DNA of 35,421 nt from a virus (Duplodnaviria; Caudoviricetes), in IMG/VR virus record IMGVR_UViG_3300007640_000104, positions 1-35,421 of that record. One strand, written 5' to 3'. Both the position numbers and the translations under genes were made by a program. Below, piece by piece: positions 1 to 9,003 of the stretch (its first letter is position 1; each line of letters starts with the position of its first letter). The notes under the pieces were generated by a model that did no database searches, had not been told where the DNA came from, and saw only the letters and a list, made by a program, of their open reading frames with translations.

Positions 1-1697
1 AAAAAGATGTTCAAGATAGATTAATTTATTCAAAACCAGAATATTCAACTGAAATTACTACAGAAGATCAAACACCAGAATTACTTAAACCTTCTCGAGT
101 AACAGGAATTAAAAATCCTAAAACAGAAGGTGAGAAAACACTTAACAAACAAATACAAGACGTAAATAAAATTAATGATGTTGCGGACAAGTTAGGTATT
201 ACAGATGCAACAAAAATGACGGACAAACAAATTAAACAAGTTGCAATTGAATCTAATGTACCTGAACAACAGGTAAGAGGATATCTTAATGTACCAAAAA
301 CCACTGGGCAACCGACACCTCCTAGCCCAGGAACACAGACAGCAGCTAATGCAGCTAACTTACAAAGCGGTAACTACAATGATGGAGAAGTTCAAGCATT
401 AGTTAACGACAGAAGCAAAACTTTAAACGCAGCTAAGTCTATACAAAAAGATCCTACACTAGCTGAAGAATTCGGTGCATTTAAAAGTCAGCTAGCAAAA
501 ATCACTGGAGATTCTAATGATAATTTAAATAATCTTATCGCTATGAAAGCAGCCTCTCAATTGTTATCAGGTAAAACAAGAGAGAAAGGAGTTAGAGGAT
601 TTTTAGATGTGGGCGGACAAGCTTTAGGAGCTTCTGCAGATATGATGTTCCAACTAGCATTAGCACAAAAAAATCAAGATATGAAATTAGCGGAAGCTTT
701 TTTAAAAGTTAAAGCCAAAAAAACAGGAACTAAAATTGGTGTAGGAGAAGATGTAACAGTACGAGTTAATGATCCATCTGCTCCTGGAGGATTTATAAAT
801 AAAAAACTTGCTAAAGGAGAAGATGGTAAGTTTTATGAAAGAAAATTTGTACCAGGCGTAGGACAACAATTTGTTGAAGCTTCTTTCACAGGAACAGATC
901 AAAAACCTAATAATGATAAAATTAATTTTAATGCTTCTCAATTATTTGAAAACAAACGAGGTGGAAAAATGATTGAATATGTTATTGATAATGCCTTAAC
1001 TGAAGCAGGTCCTAAAGCTGCTTTTGGATTAATGACAGAAAGAGCATTTGGTACTTTTGATTTCTTAGCAGGAGAACAAGGTGGATTAGGTAATAAAACT
1101 GCATCCGTTGATGCAGAAATTAAAAACATCATGGCTAAGAATACAGAAACAGGTTTATTAAGTGATGTGACAAAAGGAGAAAAACTACAACAACAATATG
1201 AAAAAGATATACAAGATGCTATAGACAATGGAGCTAAACGAGTTGAAAAAGAATTAAAACGAGCAGGTATCATTGCAAAAGATTATAGACCTACAGAGGA
1301 AGATTTAACTAAATACACTAAACTTGCACTTATTGAGCAACGTATGAAATATATTGTTGCGAATGCAAACAAATCAGAAGATCGATTAACACAAAAAGAT
1401 ATTGATAATGCTGCACAAAGAACTCAAATTATTAAATTTATTGCATCTCCAAGAGAGATTAGAAAGAACTATGAAAATTTAAGAGAAGAGTTTAGAGAAA
1501 AAGCTTCTAATTATTTATTACAATTTAAATTAAATGGAGGTTCAGAAGACTTTATTCAAACAAACTTTATGGATATTCCAGGAGTAAGAGACACTTATGG
1601 TGCATCAAAACGAGAATATGCATCTAGTCAAATGACTAAAAATAAACCAACACGAAATGATATCTTAAGTACAATACCAATTGCGGGAGGTAAGTAA
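1..1697 (+). CDS. Putative internal virion/DNA-ejection protein (5'-partial)
   Basis: The frame of ORF 216..1697 is open back to position 3, so the gene starts before the window. Helical, Ala/Gly/Lys-rich. Stop overlaps the next ATG (TAATG). Function inferred from position only. Confidence 0.55.
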   Translation, partial: KDVQDRLIYSKPEYSTEITTEDQTPELLKPSRVTGIKNPKTEGEKTLNKQIQDVNKINDVADKLGITDATKMTDKQIKQVAIESNVPEQQVRGYLNVPKTTGQPTPPSPGTQTAANAANLQSGNYNDGEVQALVNDRSKTLNAAKSIQKDPTLAEEFGAFKSQLAKITGDSNDNLNNLIAMKAASQLLSGKTREKGVRGFLDVGGQALGASADMMFQLALAQKNQDMKLAEAFLKVKAKKTGTKIGVGEDVTVRVNDPSAPGGFINKKLAKGEDGKFYERKFVPGVGQQFVEASFTGTDQKPNNDKINFNASQLFENKRGGKMIEYVIDNALTEAGPKAAFGLMTERAFGTFDFLAGEQGGLGNKTASVDAEIKNIMAKNTETGLLSDVTKGEKLQQQYEKDIQDAIDNGAKRVEKELKRAGIIAKDYRPTEEDLTKYTKLALIEQRMKYIVANANKSEDRLTQKDIDNAAQRTQIIKFIASPREIRKNYENLREEFREKASNYLLQFKLNGGSEDFIQTNFMDIPGVRDTYGASKREYASSQMTKNKPTRNDILSTIPIAGGK

Positions 1698-4600
1698 TGC
1701 CTACAATTCAAGAATTACAAACAGCAATTGATAATAAACAAATCGATACAAGAAAACTAGAACCTATACAATTACAAGCATTAGACGAAGCTTTTAAATC
1801 AGGGGAATTAAAAGGTTACGAAGGTATTAAAGACTATGAAAGATTAATTGATTTAGGAGCACAAAGTGTTGCTGGAACTAAAGAACAAAGATTAAAAGCT
1901 TTTGAAACCGCTACAGGTGTTGATAGAGGAGACTTGGTATTAACAGGAGCTGCGGGTATGGCGATGGTTCCTTACATGAAAAATCAACAAGCTTTATTAG
2001 AAGCATTTCAAAAAAATGGCTTTAGAGATTATTACGGTGTGGATAATAGATTTGGAGGAATGGCGGATATATATGGAAAAAGATTTTCCGTATTATCAGA
2101 TAGATTAAAAAAATTACCTAAGATACCAGGTATTGCAGGGGCTCCAATAAGAATATTATCTAATGTAGCAGGTTGGGCAGATGATACGATAGACCTATTT
2201 CAAAAATATGCAAGAAGAGGAGCATCCCCAGCATTAGCTACAGAAGCAGAATCTATTTTAATGGGTGCTGCTGGAGCAGCTGGAGGTTCAGCTTTATATG
2301 AAATAGGTAACTTAGGATCTGACTTTGTAGGTGCTACTAACCAAGATATGGCTAATCTTAGTGATAATGATATTAGAAAAATGAAATTTTCTGATCGATT
2401 ACTTTATAATTCATTAGTAGAAGCGCAAAACGATATTCTTTGGGCTGGAGGTGCATTAGGACTTATACCAGCAGTTAGATTTGCAGGCAGAGGACTAAAA
2501 GGTTCATTAGGATTGAATTCAGAACAATCTAAAGCAATTGCAAGACAATTTGAAAATCTTGGATTAAAACCTAACATTGCAGCATTAATACCAGGAGACA
2601 ATGCTTGGCAAAATTTCTTTAAAAAATTCTTTACTACCATTGGGGTATATCCAATCGTAGGAGGTCCTTTAACTAAATTTAATAGAGAATTTAATCAAAA
2701 ACTAACTCAAGAAAAATTTTTAGAAGTTATGGAATCATTAGAGCTTCCACCTAACGTTAATAATAGTATTATGAACTATGCAGGAGCTAATGAAATTAAA
2801 AACGAATGGAAACGAGTATGGTCTGCTATTAAAGATGAATATGATGGATTTAGAAAATTTTACGAAGATATAGGTAATCCTAATTTTATTCCTACTAGAG
2901 AAGTCAAAGAAACAAGTAGAAAATTAATTGAAAGATTAAAAGAAGTATATCCTGAAAGAAGTTCTTTATGGGATAGTTATTTAACTCCTGCTGCTGGTCA
3001 AATGAGAAAATTAAGTGAGGTAGATGATCCTATGGTCACTTATTTAAATTATTTAGAAGAAGTAGGAAAACAAGATCACATTAGAATAAGTGATTGGTTA
3101 GGTTTATCTAAATTACAAACAGCAGCTTACAGTGCATCTAACTATAAGAATGTAAATGATCAACTTATTATGGTTCGATCTGCATTAGAAAGAGATTTGA
3201 ATAGTCTATCAGATGCTACTCAAAGAGATACATTGAAAAAAATATTTAAAGACGATTACAATCAATTAGTACAAGAACAAGGTCCTGCAGCAGGAGAAGC
3301 TTTTATTGATTCTAGAATTAGAACTGCAGAAGCTGCATTTGGAAGATTAAAAGAAGCGAACACTTTTTATTCTATGGTATTGAGACCTTTTGAAAAAACA
3401 GCGGTAGGAAGAAAACTAAGAGCACAAGATGCTAAGTTGTTTGCGGACAAAGGTATTGAAATGGTAGGAACTGCTTCACTTGCACCTGATGAAGTGTTTG
3501 ATAAAGTTATTACAAGAATATTAGCATCTGATAGTCCTGATTCTGTTAGACAATTAAAACAAATTTTAGGATTAACTAAATCAGAATACAAAATATTTAA
3601 TGATGCAGGACAAGTTGTAAGAACAGTTAAAATTCCTGAAAGTAAAGAATCTAGAGCTGTATATGATAGATATGTAAAACAATTTTTTTGGAATGCTTGG
3701 AATGATTCAACTACTAGTCCGTTAAAAGATTTGGGTGGATTATCTGCACAACAAATTGGAGAAAGAGCTAGAGCAGCTGGTTTTGTTAAACCAAGATGGC
3801 AAGAGCTTGCAGCAGATGTAGAACAAAGAGTTAGAAACAAAGCTAAAGTAAATGAAACATTTGATGTTACACAAATAGATGGAAGAGTATTTACTCAAGG
3901 TAAAGGTATTGCAAATCTTAATGAAGGTTTAATTGCTAATCATAATTTCGGTGAAATTAATATAGATAACTTTGCAAAAAGAATTGGTATTGATAGTCCT
4001 CAAGGACGAGACAAATTAAGAGAAATGTTTGGTGGAGGACAAAGAGGAGACTTAGCGGTTAAAAAACTACAAGATTTAATTGATGTTAAACGTGCTGTAG
4101 ATACTGTTGATTTTACAGATCCATCTAAATTCGTACAAAGATCACTAACCTTAAGAGCTGGTTCAGGAAGTGGTATTGTTGCTGGAGCTTCCGCAGCGGC
4201 TTTTGGTATTGGACAAACTTTACAAATTATTCTTGGAGGTAGAATACTTGCAAGTATATTAGCAAGTCCTAAACTTGCAGAAAATGTTATGGATATGAAT
4301 AGATATTACAGAACATTGTCTGACGATCCAAATGTATCTAAAATTGCACCACAATTAATGCCTAGAGCTAGAACAGCTTACGCAAGAGCAGTAAATAGTA
4401 TTTTTGAAAATGAAGGAGATGATTTTAGAGTAGATCCAAATAATATTGATTTTGAAGAAGTACGACAAAAATTATTATCTTTACAACCTAATATTCCTTT
4501 AAAAGCAGGATTTAATTTTGAAATGTTACCTCAATTTACAAGAGATAGAATTTATCCTGAATATAAATATGCAAGTCAATTAGATAGAAATCAGGTTATG

Positions 4601-4909
4601 GAAGGCGAAGAATTTATGCAAGGTGCTAATTTAATGGCACAAAGCGATCAACAATTTGATGCAGTGGCAAACGGCAATCCAGTAGAGCAAATGCCTCAAC
4701 AACAAATGCCACAAGTGCAGGGTTCTCAATTAGAGATGCCACAAGCTCCTATGGGAGTAACACCGACCACTGGACAACAACCTGGACAATTTGCATCTTT
4801 ATTTCCGCAAGATACATTAGGTCAAGCAATTGCTCAACAAAGAGGATTTAATGATGGTGGATTAGTAGAGGATGCATACGCACGAGCAGATGAGGTTTTA
4901 AATGCGTAA
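1697..4909 (+). CDS. Large (1070 aa) putative internal virion/ejection protein
   Basis: Gly/Ala-rich hydrophobic segments (LMGAAGAAGGSALY, GIVAGASAAAFGIG), Gln/Pro-rich C-terminal linker, FASLFPQD..G and terminal FNDGGLV motif. Last large gene of a structural module. Confidence 0.6.
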   Translation: MPTIQELQTAIDNKQIDTRKLEPIQLQALDEAFKSGELKGYEGIKDYERLIDLGAQSVAGTKEQRLKAFETATGVDRGDLVLTGAAGMAMVPYMKNQQALLEAFQKNGFRDYYGVDNRFGGMADIYGKRFSVLSDRLKKLPKIPGIAGAPIRILSNVAGWADDTIDLFQKYARRGASPALATEAESILMGAAGAAGGSALYEIGNLGSDFVGATNQDMANLSDNDIRKMKFSDRLLYNSLVEAQNDILWAGGALGLIPAVRFAGRGLKGSLGLNSEQSKAIARQFENLGLKPNIAALIPGDNAWQNFFKKFFTTIGVYPIVGGPLTKFNREFNQKLTQEKFLEVMESLELPPNVNNSIMNYAGANEIKNEWKRVWSAIKDEYDGFRKFYEDIGNPNFIPTREVKETSRKLIERLKEVYPERSSLWDSYLTPAAGQMRKLSEVDDPMVTYLNYLEEVGKQDHIRISDWLGLSKLQTAAYSASNYKNVNDQLIMVRSALERDLNSLSDATQRDTLKKIFKDDYNQLVQEQGPAAGEAFIDSRIRTAEAAFGRLKEANTFYSMVLRPFEKTAVGRKLRAQDAKLFADKGIEMVGTASLAPDEVFDKVITRILASDSPDSVRQLKQILGLTKSEYKIFNDAGQVVRTVKIPESKESRAVYDRYVKQFFWNAWNDSTTSPLKDLGGLSAQQIGERARAAGFVKPRWQELAADVEQRVRNKAKVNETFDVTQIDGRVFTQGKGIANLNEGLIANHNFGEINIDNFAKRIGIDSPQGRDKLREMFGGGQRGDLAVKKLQDLIDVKRAVDTVDFTDPSKFVQRSLTLRAGSGSGIVAGASAAAFGIGQTLQIILGGRILASILASPKLAENVMDMNRYYRTLSDDPNVSKIAPQLMPRARTAYARAVNSIFENEGDDFRVDPNNIDFEEVRQKLLSLQPNIPLKAGFNFEMLPQFTRDRIYPEYKYASQLDRNQVMEGEEFMQGANLMAQSDQQFDAVANGNPVEQMPQQQMPQVQGSQLEMPQAPMGVTPTTGQQPGQFASLFPQDTLGQAIAQQRGFNDGGLVEDAYARADEVLNA

Positions 4910-5063
4910 AAAATCAGCTTTACAAAAAATAGAAGAACACGAAAAACTTTGCAGAATTATGCAAAAACAAACTTTTGCAAGAATTGCTAGATTAGAAAAG
5001 TGGATAATTAGTGGTTTATTTGCAATAGTTTTATCTTTACTTTCCAGTCACTTTGGTTCATAA
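4902..5063 (+). CDS. 53-aa coiled-coil + C-terminal TM protein (XhlA/holin-like), not in ORF track
   Basis: MRKKSALQKIEEHEKLCRIMQKQTFARIARLEKWIISGLFAIVLSLLSSHFGS*. GAGG upstream. Fills the gap between flanking genes. Confidence 0.7.
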   Translation: MRKKSALQKIEEHEKLCRIMQKQTFARIARLEKWIISGLFAIVLSLLSSHFGS

Positions 5064-5070
5064 GAACTGA

Positions 5071-5781
5071 ATGAAATTCATAGAAGAAGAAACTCACATC
5101 TCATTAACTGATTACAAATTAATAAATAAATACAACTATAAGAAGTATTCTAGAGCAGAAGATCCAGAAACAGGAAAAAGATTATATGCTGTAGATGGAA
5201 CTAAGTTACCTAGTGTAACAACGATTTTAGGAGCGACAAAAGACCAAAGCGCTTTAGATGCATGGAAAAAAAGAGTAGGCGAGGCAGAAGCGGATAGAAT
5301 TAAAAACGAAGCTGCACTTGTTGGTACTGAAATGCATTTAGTCATAGAAAAATATATCCAAGGAGAAGGGTATTTAAATCTATCAGAAACAGGAGCTAAA
5401 GCTAGAAAGATGGCTCATACCATATTAAGTAAATGTAATGATATTACAGAAGTTTGGGGTAATGAAGTAAGTTTAGCTTATCCAGAAAAATATGCAGGCG
5501 CAACAGATCTTGTTGCAGTTGCAAATGATAAGCCTACCATATTTGATTGGAAACAAACAAATAAACCAAAAAGAGATGAATGGGTAGAAGATTATAAATT
5601 ACAGTTAGGAGCATACAGTTTAGCTCATACACAAATGTATGGTCCAATAGAAGCAGCTTGTATACGTATGTGTTCTAGAAATTATGAATACCAACAATGG
5701 TTATTACAAGGTACAGAATTAAAAAACTATCAAGAAAAATTTATGGAACGATACGAAAAGTTCTTGTCAATTTCTAAATAA
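5071..5781 (+). CDS. PD-(D/E)XK exonuclease (Cas4/MGME1-like phage exonuclease)
   Basis: LPSVTTILG, GTEMH, E..L, YAGATD, IFDWKQT and QLGAY motifs. Confidence 0.85.
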   Translation: MKFIEEETHISLTDYKLINKYNYKKYSRAEDPETGKRLYAVDGTKLPSVTTILGATKDQSALDAWKKRVGEAEADRIKNEAALVGTEMHLVIEKYIQGEGYLNLSETGAKARKMAHTILSKCNDITEVWGNEVSLAYPEKYAGATDLVAVANDKPTIFDWKQTNKPKRDEWVEDYKLQLGAYSLAHTQMYGPIEAACIRMCSRNYEYQQWLLQGTELKNYQEKFMERYEKFLSISK

Positions 5782-5809
5782 TAAGTATATTAAAAGTGTA
5801 AAAACAACT

Positions 5810-5839
5810 TGTTTGGGCTACACTGTGGTAGCCCAAACA
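5810..5839. terminator. Hairpin between convergent genes, probable terminator
   Basis: TGTTTGGGCTAC-actgtg-GTAGCCCAAACA, a perfect 12-bp stem. Confidence 0.75.
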
Positions 5840-5847
5840 TTAAACGT

Positions 5848-5985
5848 TTATTGACAAGATAAGCATTCATCAGACCCTTCGTCTAATTTTGCTAACGCTT
5901 CCTGTTTACATTCATTACTGCAAATTGTTTGATGCTCATGAATAGCTTCAAATTCTTTTTTACAAATTGCACATTCTTTTTTCAT
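5848..5985 (-). CDS. 45-aa Zn-binding mini-protein with C-terminal CxxC, not in ORF track
   Basis: MKKECAICKKEFEAIHEHQTICSNECKQEALAKLDEGSDECLSCQ*. Coupled (TAATG) to the upstream acidic ORF. Confidence 0.8.
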   Translation of the reverse strand: MKKECAICKKEFEAIHEHQTICSNECKQEALAKLDEGSDECLSCQ

Positions 5986-6146
5986 TATTCTTCATCCTCT
6001 TCATCTTCGTCTTCATCAAAAGAATCTTCCTCTTCTACTTGATCGTCTGCTTCCATTTCCCAGGCTTTATCTCTTAGTTTTGTAAGATCCTCTTCCATTC
6101 TATCAATGATATCTTCGATTGTTTCTTCTTTTTTATTTTTTGGCAT
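5985..6146 (-). CDS. 53-aa highly acidic mini-protein, not in ORF track
   Basis: MPKNKKEETIEDIIDRMEEDLTKLRDKAWEMEADDQVEEEDSFDEDEDEEDEE*. Strong RBS AAGGAGGA 4 nt upstream. Confidence 0.8.
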   Translation of the reverse strand: MPKNKKEETIEDIIDRMEEDLTKLRDKAWEMEADDQVEEEDSFDEDEDEEDEE

Positions 6147-6258
6147 GTTGTCCTCCTTGGGTTAGACAAGAATGCTAACCCAAGAAAGAGATAAGAGATA
6201 CCTTGATAAAATTATTTTATGTTAATAAAATCAAGCTCTTCTTCAGTCCAAGGCCACA

Positions 6259-6681
6259 TTATTTAACCTTGATTTCCTGAGCTTTTATTTCTTCTGGTTC
6301 ATTAACACCTAATTTAACTGTTAATATACCGTCTTCCATTTTAGCTTCATCTACAACAACATCATTTCTCAATGAGAATTGTTTAAAGAATTTTCTAGCT
6401 GCAAGACCTTTTTCGATATATTCTTTTTCCTTGTCATCTACTTGACCAGCAACAGTTAATATACCGTCTTTGTATTCAACTTTGATATTCTTTTTATTGA
6501 ATCCAGCTAAACCTAGTTCAATTCCGTACTCACCTTTTCCGTATTTTACCACATTGTAAAATGGAAACGATTGTACTTTTGATAAATTCATAAACATTTC
6601 GTCAAATGAATCACCAAATAATGTGTTTGATTTATTCCAAAGATCTTTTTGGAATTTGTTAATTATATCTAAACCTGTCAT
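6259..6681 (-). CDS. hsp20: Small heat shock protein (Hsp20/IbpA family)
   Basis: FPFYNVVK, IELGLAGF, KGLAARKFFKQFSL and AKMEDGILTVKL alpha-crystallin motifs. RBS AAGGAGG. Confidence 0.95.
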   Translation of the reverse strand: MTGLDIINKFQKDLWNKSNTLFGDSFDEMFMNLSKVQSFPFYNVVKYGKGEYGIELGLAGFNKKNIKVEYKDGILTVAGQVDDKEKEYIEKGLAARKFFKQFSLRNDVVVDEAKMEDGILTVKLGVNEPEEIKAQEIKVK

Positions 6682-6770
6682 ATTAACCTCCTTGTTATAA
6701 GCAAAGTTTATGGGCCAACCCTATTGTTGCACCGCAAACATTATATAATAACGTTAACTAGAGTTTCAAG
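6682..6770 (-). promoter_or_regulatory. hsp20 promoter and ROSE-like 5'UTR
   Basis: Minus strand reads CTTGAAA...TATAAT: TTGAAA-N18-TATAAT, also CTTG-N17-ATTATAT, RpoH-like. UUGCUU-auaac-AAGGAGG can pair over the SD. Confidence 0.6.
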
Positions 6771-6879
6771 TAGTAAATAATTTACAGTAAATTAAATATC
6801 AAATTAACAAGGAATTAAGCCACTTTTGTTGCACCCCTTTACATAATTCTGTTACAGTAAATCATGTAAAGGAGTTATT

Positions 6880-7050
6880 ATGAATAAAACAAATAAAGGC
6901 ATTACAATAAATGATGATGACCAAGATTGGGGTTCATCTGGTTTAGATAACTATTTAAGCCAATCTTTAATTTCATCACCAAGTGTTTTAGATGCTAATT
7001 TATCTTTATTAGATAAAGAAGATAATACACGTTCATCTAAAGTAGATTGA
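6880..7050 (+). CDS. Possible 56-aa ORF overlapping the SNF2 3' end in antisense
   Basis: AAAGGAG RBS 5 nt before ATG; TTGCAC-N18-TACAGT upstream. Confidence 0.35.
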   Translation: MNKTNKGITINDDDQDWGSSGLDNYLSQSLISSPSVLDANLSLLDKEDNTRSSKVD

Positions 7051-8393
7051 CATATAATATCAGTATACAAAACAGTTTTGGTTTGTCCTGATCTATGCGC
7101 TCTGTCTTCAGATTGTTTTCTAACTTCAAAGTTAAATGAATTAGAAAAGTAAACTACATTGGTTGCTGCAGTCAAAGTAAGACCAAATCCACCCGTAGAC
7201 GGATTACCTACAAAGAATCTACAGGTATCATCTTCTTGAAAACGTTTCATGGCTAAAGTTCTTTTAGCTGAATCTACTGCACCATAGTTAGCAACAACAG
7301 ATTGTTTACCATATTTTTCTTCTAAGAATTTAATAATAGATTCAATACTATAAATGTAAGTAGCCCAGATAATCATTTTACCATCTGATTCATCAATAAT
7401 ATCTGACAAAGCATGAAGTTTAGGATTTTTAAATTCTTTAATTACTCCATCATTTGTTTTAACAAAACCATTAGCTACTTGGTGTAGTTTAATAATTTCA
7501 GTTAATTTATTATTATAAGAAACAGTATCATCTTGGACAATAGCAATAGCTGCTTGTCTAAGACTTTCATAAACTTTTTTCTGTTCTTCATTCATTTCAA
7601 CATAACGTTTCGCATATTGTTTAGGAGGTAAATCTAAACATTCATCTTTAGTTACACGGAAAGAAAACTTAGATAATTTTTCTTCTAACTCTTCCATACG
7701 TACATAGTATTTAGGTATTTCAGTATAACGACCTCCACCTAAATCTAATCTATGTGTAACACAATAACGACTTCTAAAAGTATAATAAGAAGTAAATCCT
7801 AAATGATGGGGACTTAAAAAATCACACTGTGTATATAAATCTAAGGGAGATTTAGTAACAGGAGATCCTGTAAGTATTCTTCTATACTTAGAATATTCAG
7901 CTAAGTTTAATACATTTTTTGTACGAATAGCTTTATGATTTTTAACTGTAGTGCTTTCATCAATAATAGTTAATGCTTTATGTTTTGATAAATATTCTAC
8001 AGCAGCTTTATAACCACGAGGCGTAGATAAAGCTTCTACATTCATACAAAAGATAGTTAAATCTTTATTCTTTTTATAAGCTTCTTTTAAACGTTTTGGT
8101 TTATCTATGTTCCAAGCATAAATAGAATATTCTATGTCTGGAGACATATGTTTTTTAATTTCATCAAAGGCCCAAACTGTATAAACAGATTTAGGAGCAA
8201 TGATTAAGACACCAGTAATACCTTTATGTAAGCGTAAAAGAGCAATATTATCTATCGCAACTTTTGTCTTACCCGTACCCATTTCCATAAAGAATGCATA
8301 GGAATCTTTGTCCCAAGATTTTTCTAATGCAGTTTTCTGATGCTTGTAAGGTGGGGTTTTGTAGTTAAACAAGTTCAACATAATAGTTGACAT
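6951..8393 (-). CDS. SNF2-family (SF2) helicase/ATPase
   Basis: MEMGTGKT, IIDEST, LTGSP, GGFGLTLT and QSEDRAHRSGQ. True start may be the ATG at 8381. Confidence 0.95.
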   Translation of the reverse strand: MSTIMLNLFNYKTPPYKHQKTALEKSWDKDSYAFFMEMGTGKTKVAIDNIALLRLHKGITGVLIIAPKSVYTVWAFDEIKKHMSPDIEYSIYAWNIDKPKRLKEAYKKNKDLTIFCMNVEALSTPRGYKAAVEYLSKHKALTIIDESTTVKNHKAIRTKNVLNLAEYSKYRRILTGSPVTKSPLDLYTQCDFLSPHHLGFTSYYTFRSRYCVTHRLDLGGGRYTEIPKYYVRMEELEEKLSKFSFRVTKDECLDLPPKQYAKRYVEMNEEQKKVYESLRQAAIAIVQDDTVSYNNKLTEIIKLHQVANGFVKTNDGVIKEFKNPKLHALSDIIDESDGKMIIWATYIYSIESIIKFLEEKYGKQSVVANYGAVDSAKRTLAMKRFQEDDTCRFFVGNPSTGGFGLTLTAATNVVYFSNSFNFEVRKQSEDRAHRSGQTKTVLYTDIICQSTLDERVLSSLSNKDKLASKTLGDEIKDWLK

Positions 8394-8419
8394 ATAATTA
8401 TTAATGTTTATATAGTCAA
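8387..8419. promoter_or_regulatory. Overlapping divergent sigma70-like promoters
   Basis: Plus strand TTGACA(8387)-N18-TATAGT(8411). Minus strand TTGACT (8414-8419) faces SNF2. Confidence 0.5.
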
Positions 8420-8443
8420 GTAATTAAATATAGGAGGCCATTT

Positions 8444-8986
8444 ATGGACTTAGAACAACTAACAACGATAAATATAAAAACTGATAAAGTCAAAGATATT
8501 GCAGATCATTGCAATAAACTTCTATCCCAAAATAAAAAAGTTGAAGAAGCAGAATTAGCTTTACAAGAAGCTAAATCTGAACAGGCTCGATTATCTGAGG
8601 AGGTTATTCCTGCTCTGATGTCAGAAGCTGGTGTTTCTAGACTTGATTTAGAGGATGGATCTTCAGTTAAGGTTTCTCCTTATTACTATGCGAAAATCCC
8701 AGAGGAAAGAAAAGCGGATGCTTTTGAATGGCTCCGTAAAAATAATGCTGGTGATTTGGTTAAAAATAATTTAACCCTCTCGTTTGGTAAAGGGGAAGAT
8801 TCTGAGGCAGCAAAAATAAAAGCTGAATTAGAATCAAAAGGACTGGTCGTCGACCAAAAGGAAGATGTCCACTGGCAAACTCTTAGAGGATTTGTGAGAG
8901 ATCAAATCGAAAAGGGTGTAAATATACCTTCCGATTTATTTGGATTGTATATTAGTCAGAAGACCAAAATAACAACTAACAACTAA
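8444..8986 (+). CDS. Conserved phage replication-module protein (coiled-coil N-terminus)
   Basis: AGGAGG RBS; IPALM..AG...L.DG and AFEWLR..G.GDLVKN pattern. First gene of the replication operon. Confidence 0.65.
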   Translation: MDLEQLTTINIKTDKVKDIADHCNKLLSQNKKVEEAELALQEAKSEQARLSEEVIPALMSEAGVSRLDLEDGSSVKVSPYYYAKIPEERKADAFEWLRKNNAGDLVKNNLTLSFGKGEDSEAAKIKAELESKGLVVDQKEDVHWQTLRGFVRDQIEKGVNIPSDLFGLYISQKTKITTNN

Positions 8987-9003
8987 CACATAAGGAGCAA
9001 AAA

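Noticed and set aside
68-3840. Minus-strand ORFs (68..304, 702..941, 938..1273, 2404..2640, 3367..3840) and similar shadows elsewhere
   Set aside because: Antisense shadows of long genuine genes, with no RBS or recognisable motifs.
5071-5781. Cas4 as evidence of a CRISPR system
   Set aside because: Lacks the four-Cys Fe-S cluster pattern. Stand-alone exonucleases of this type are common in phages.
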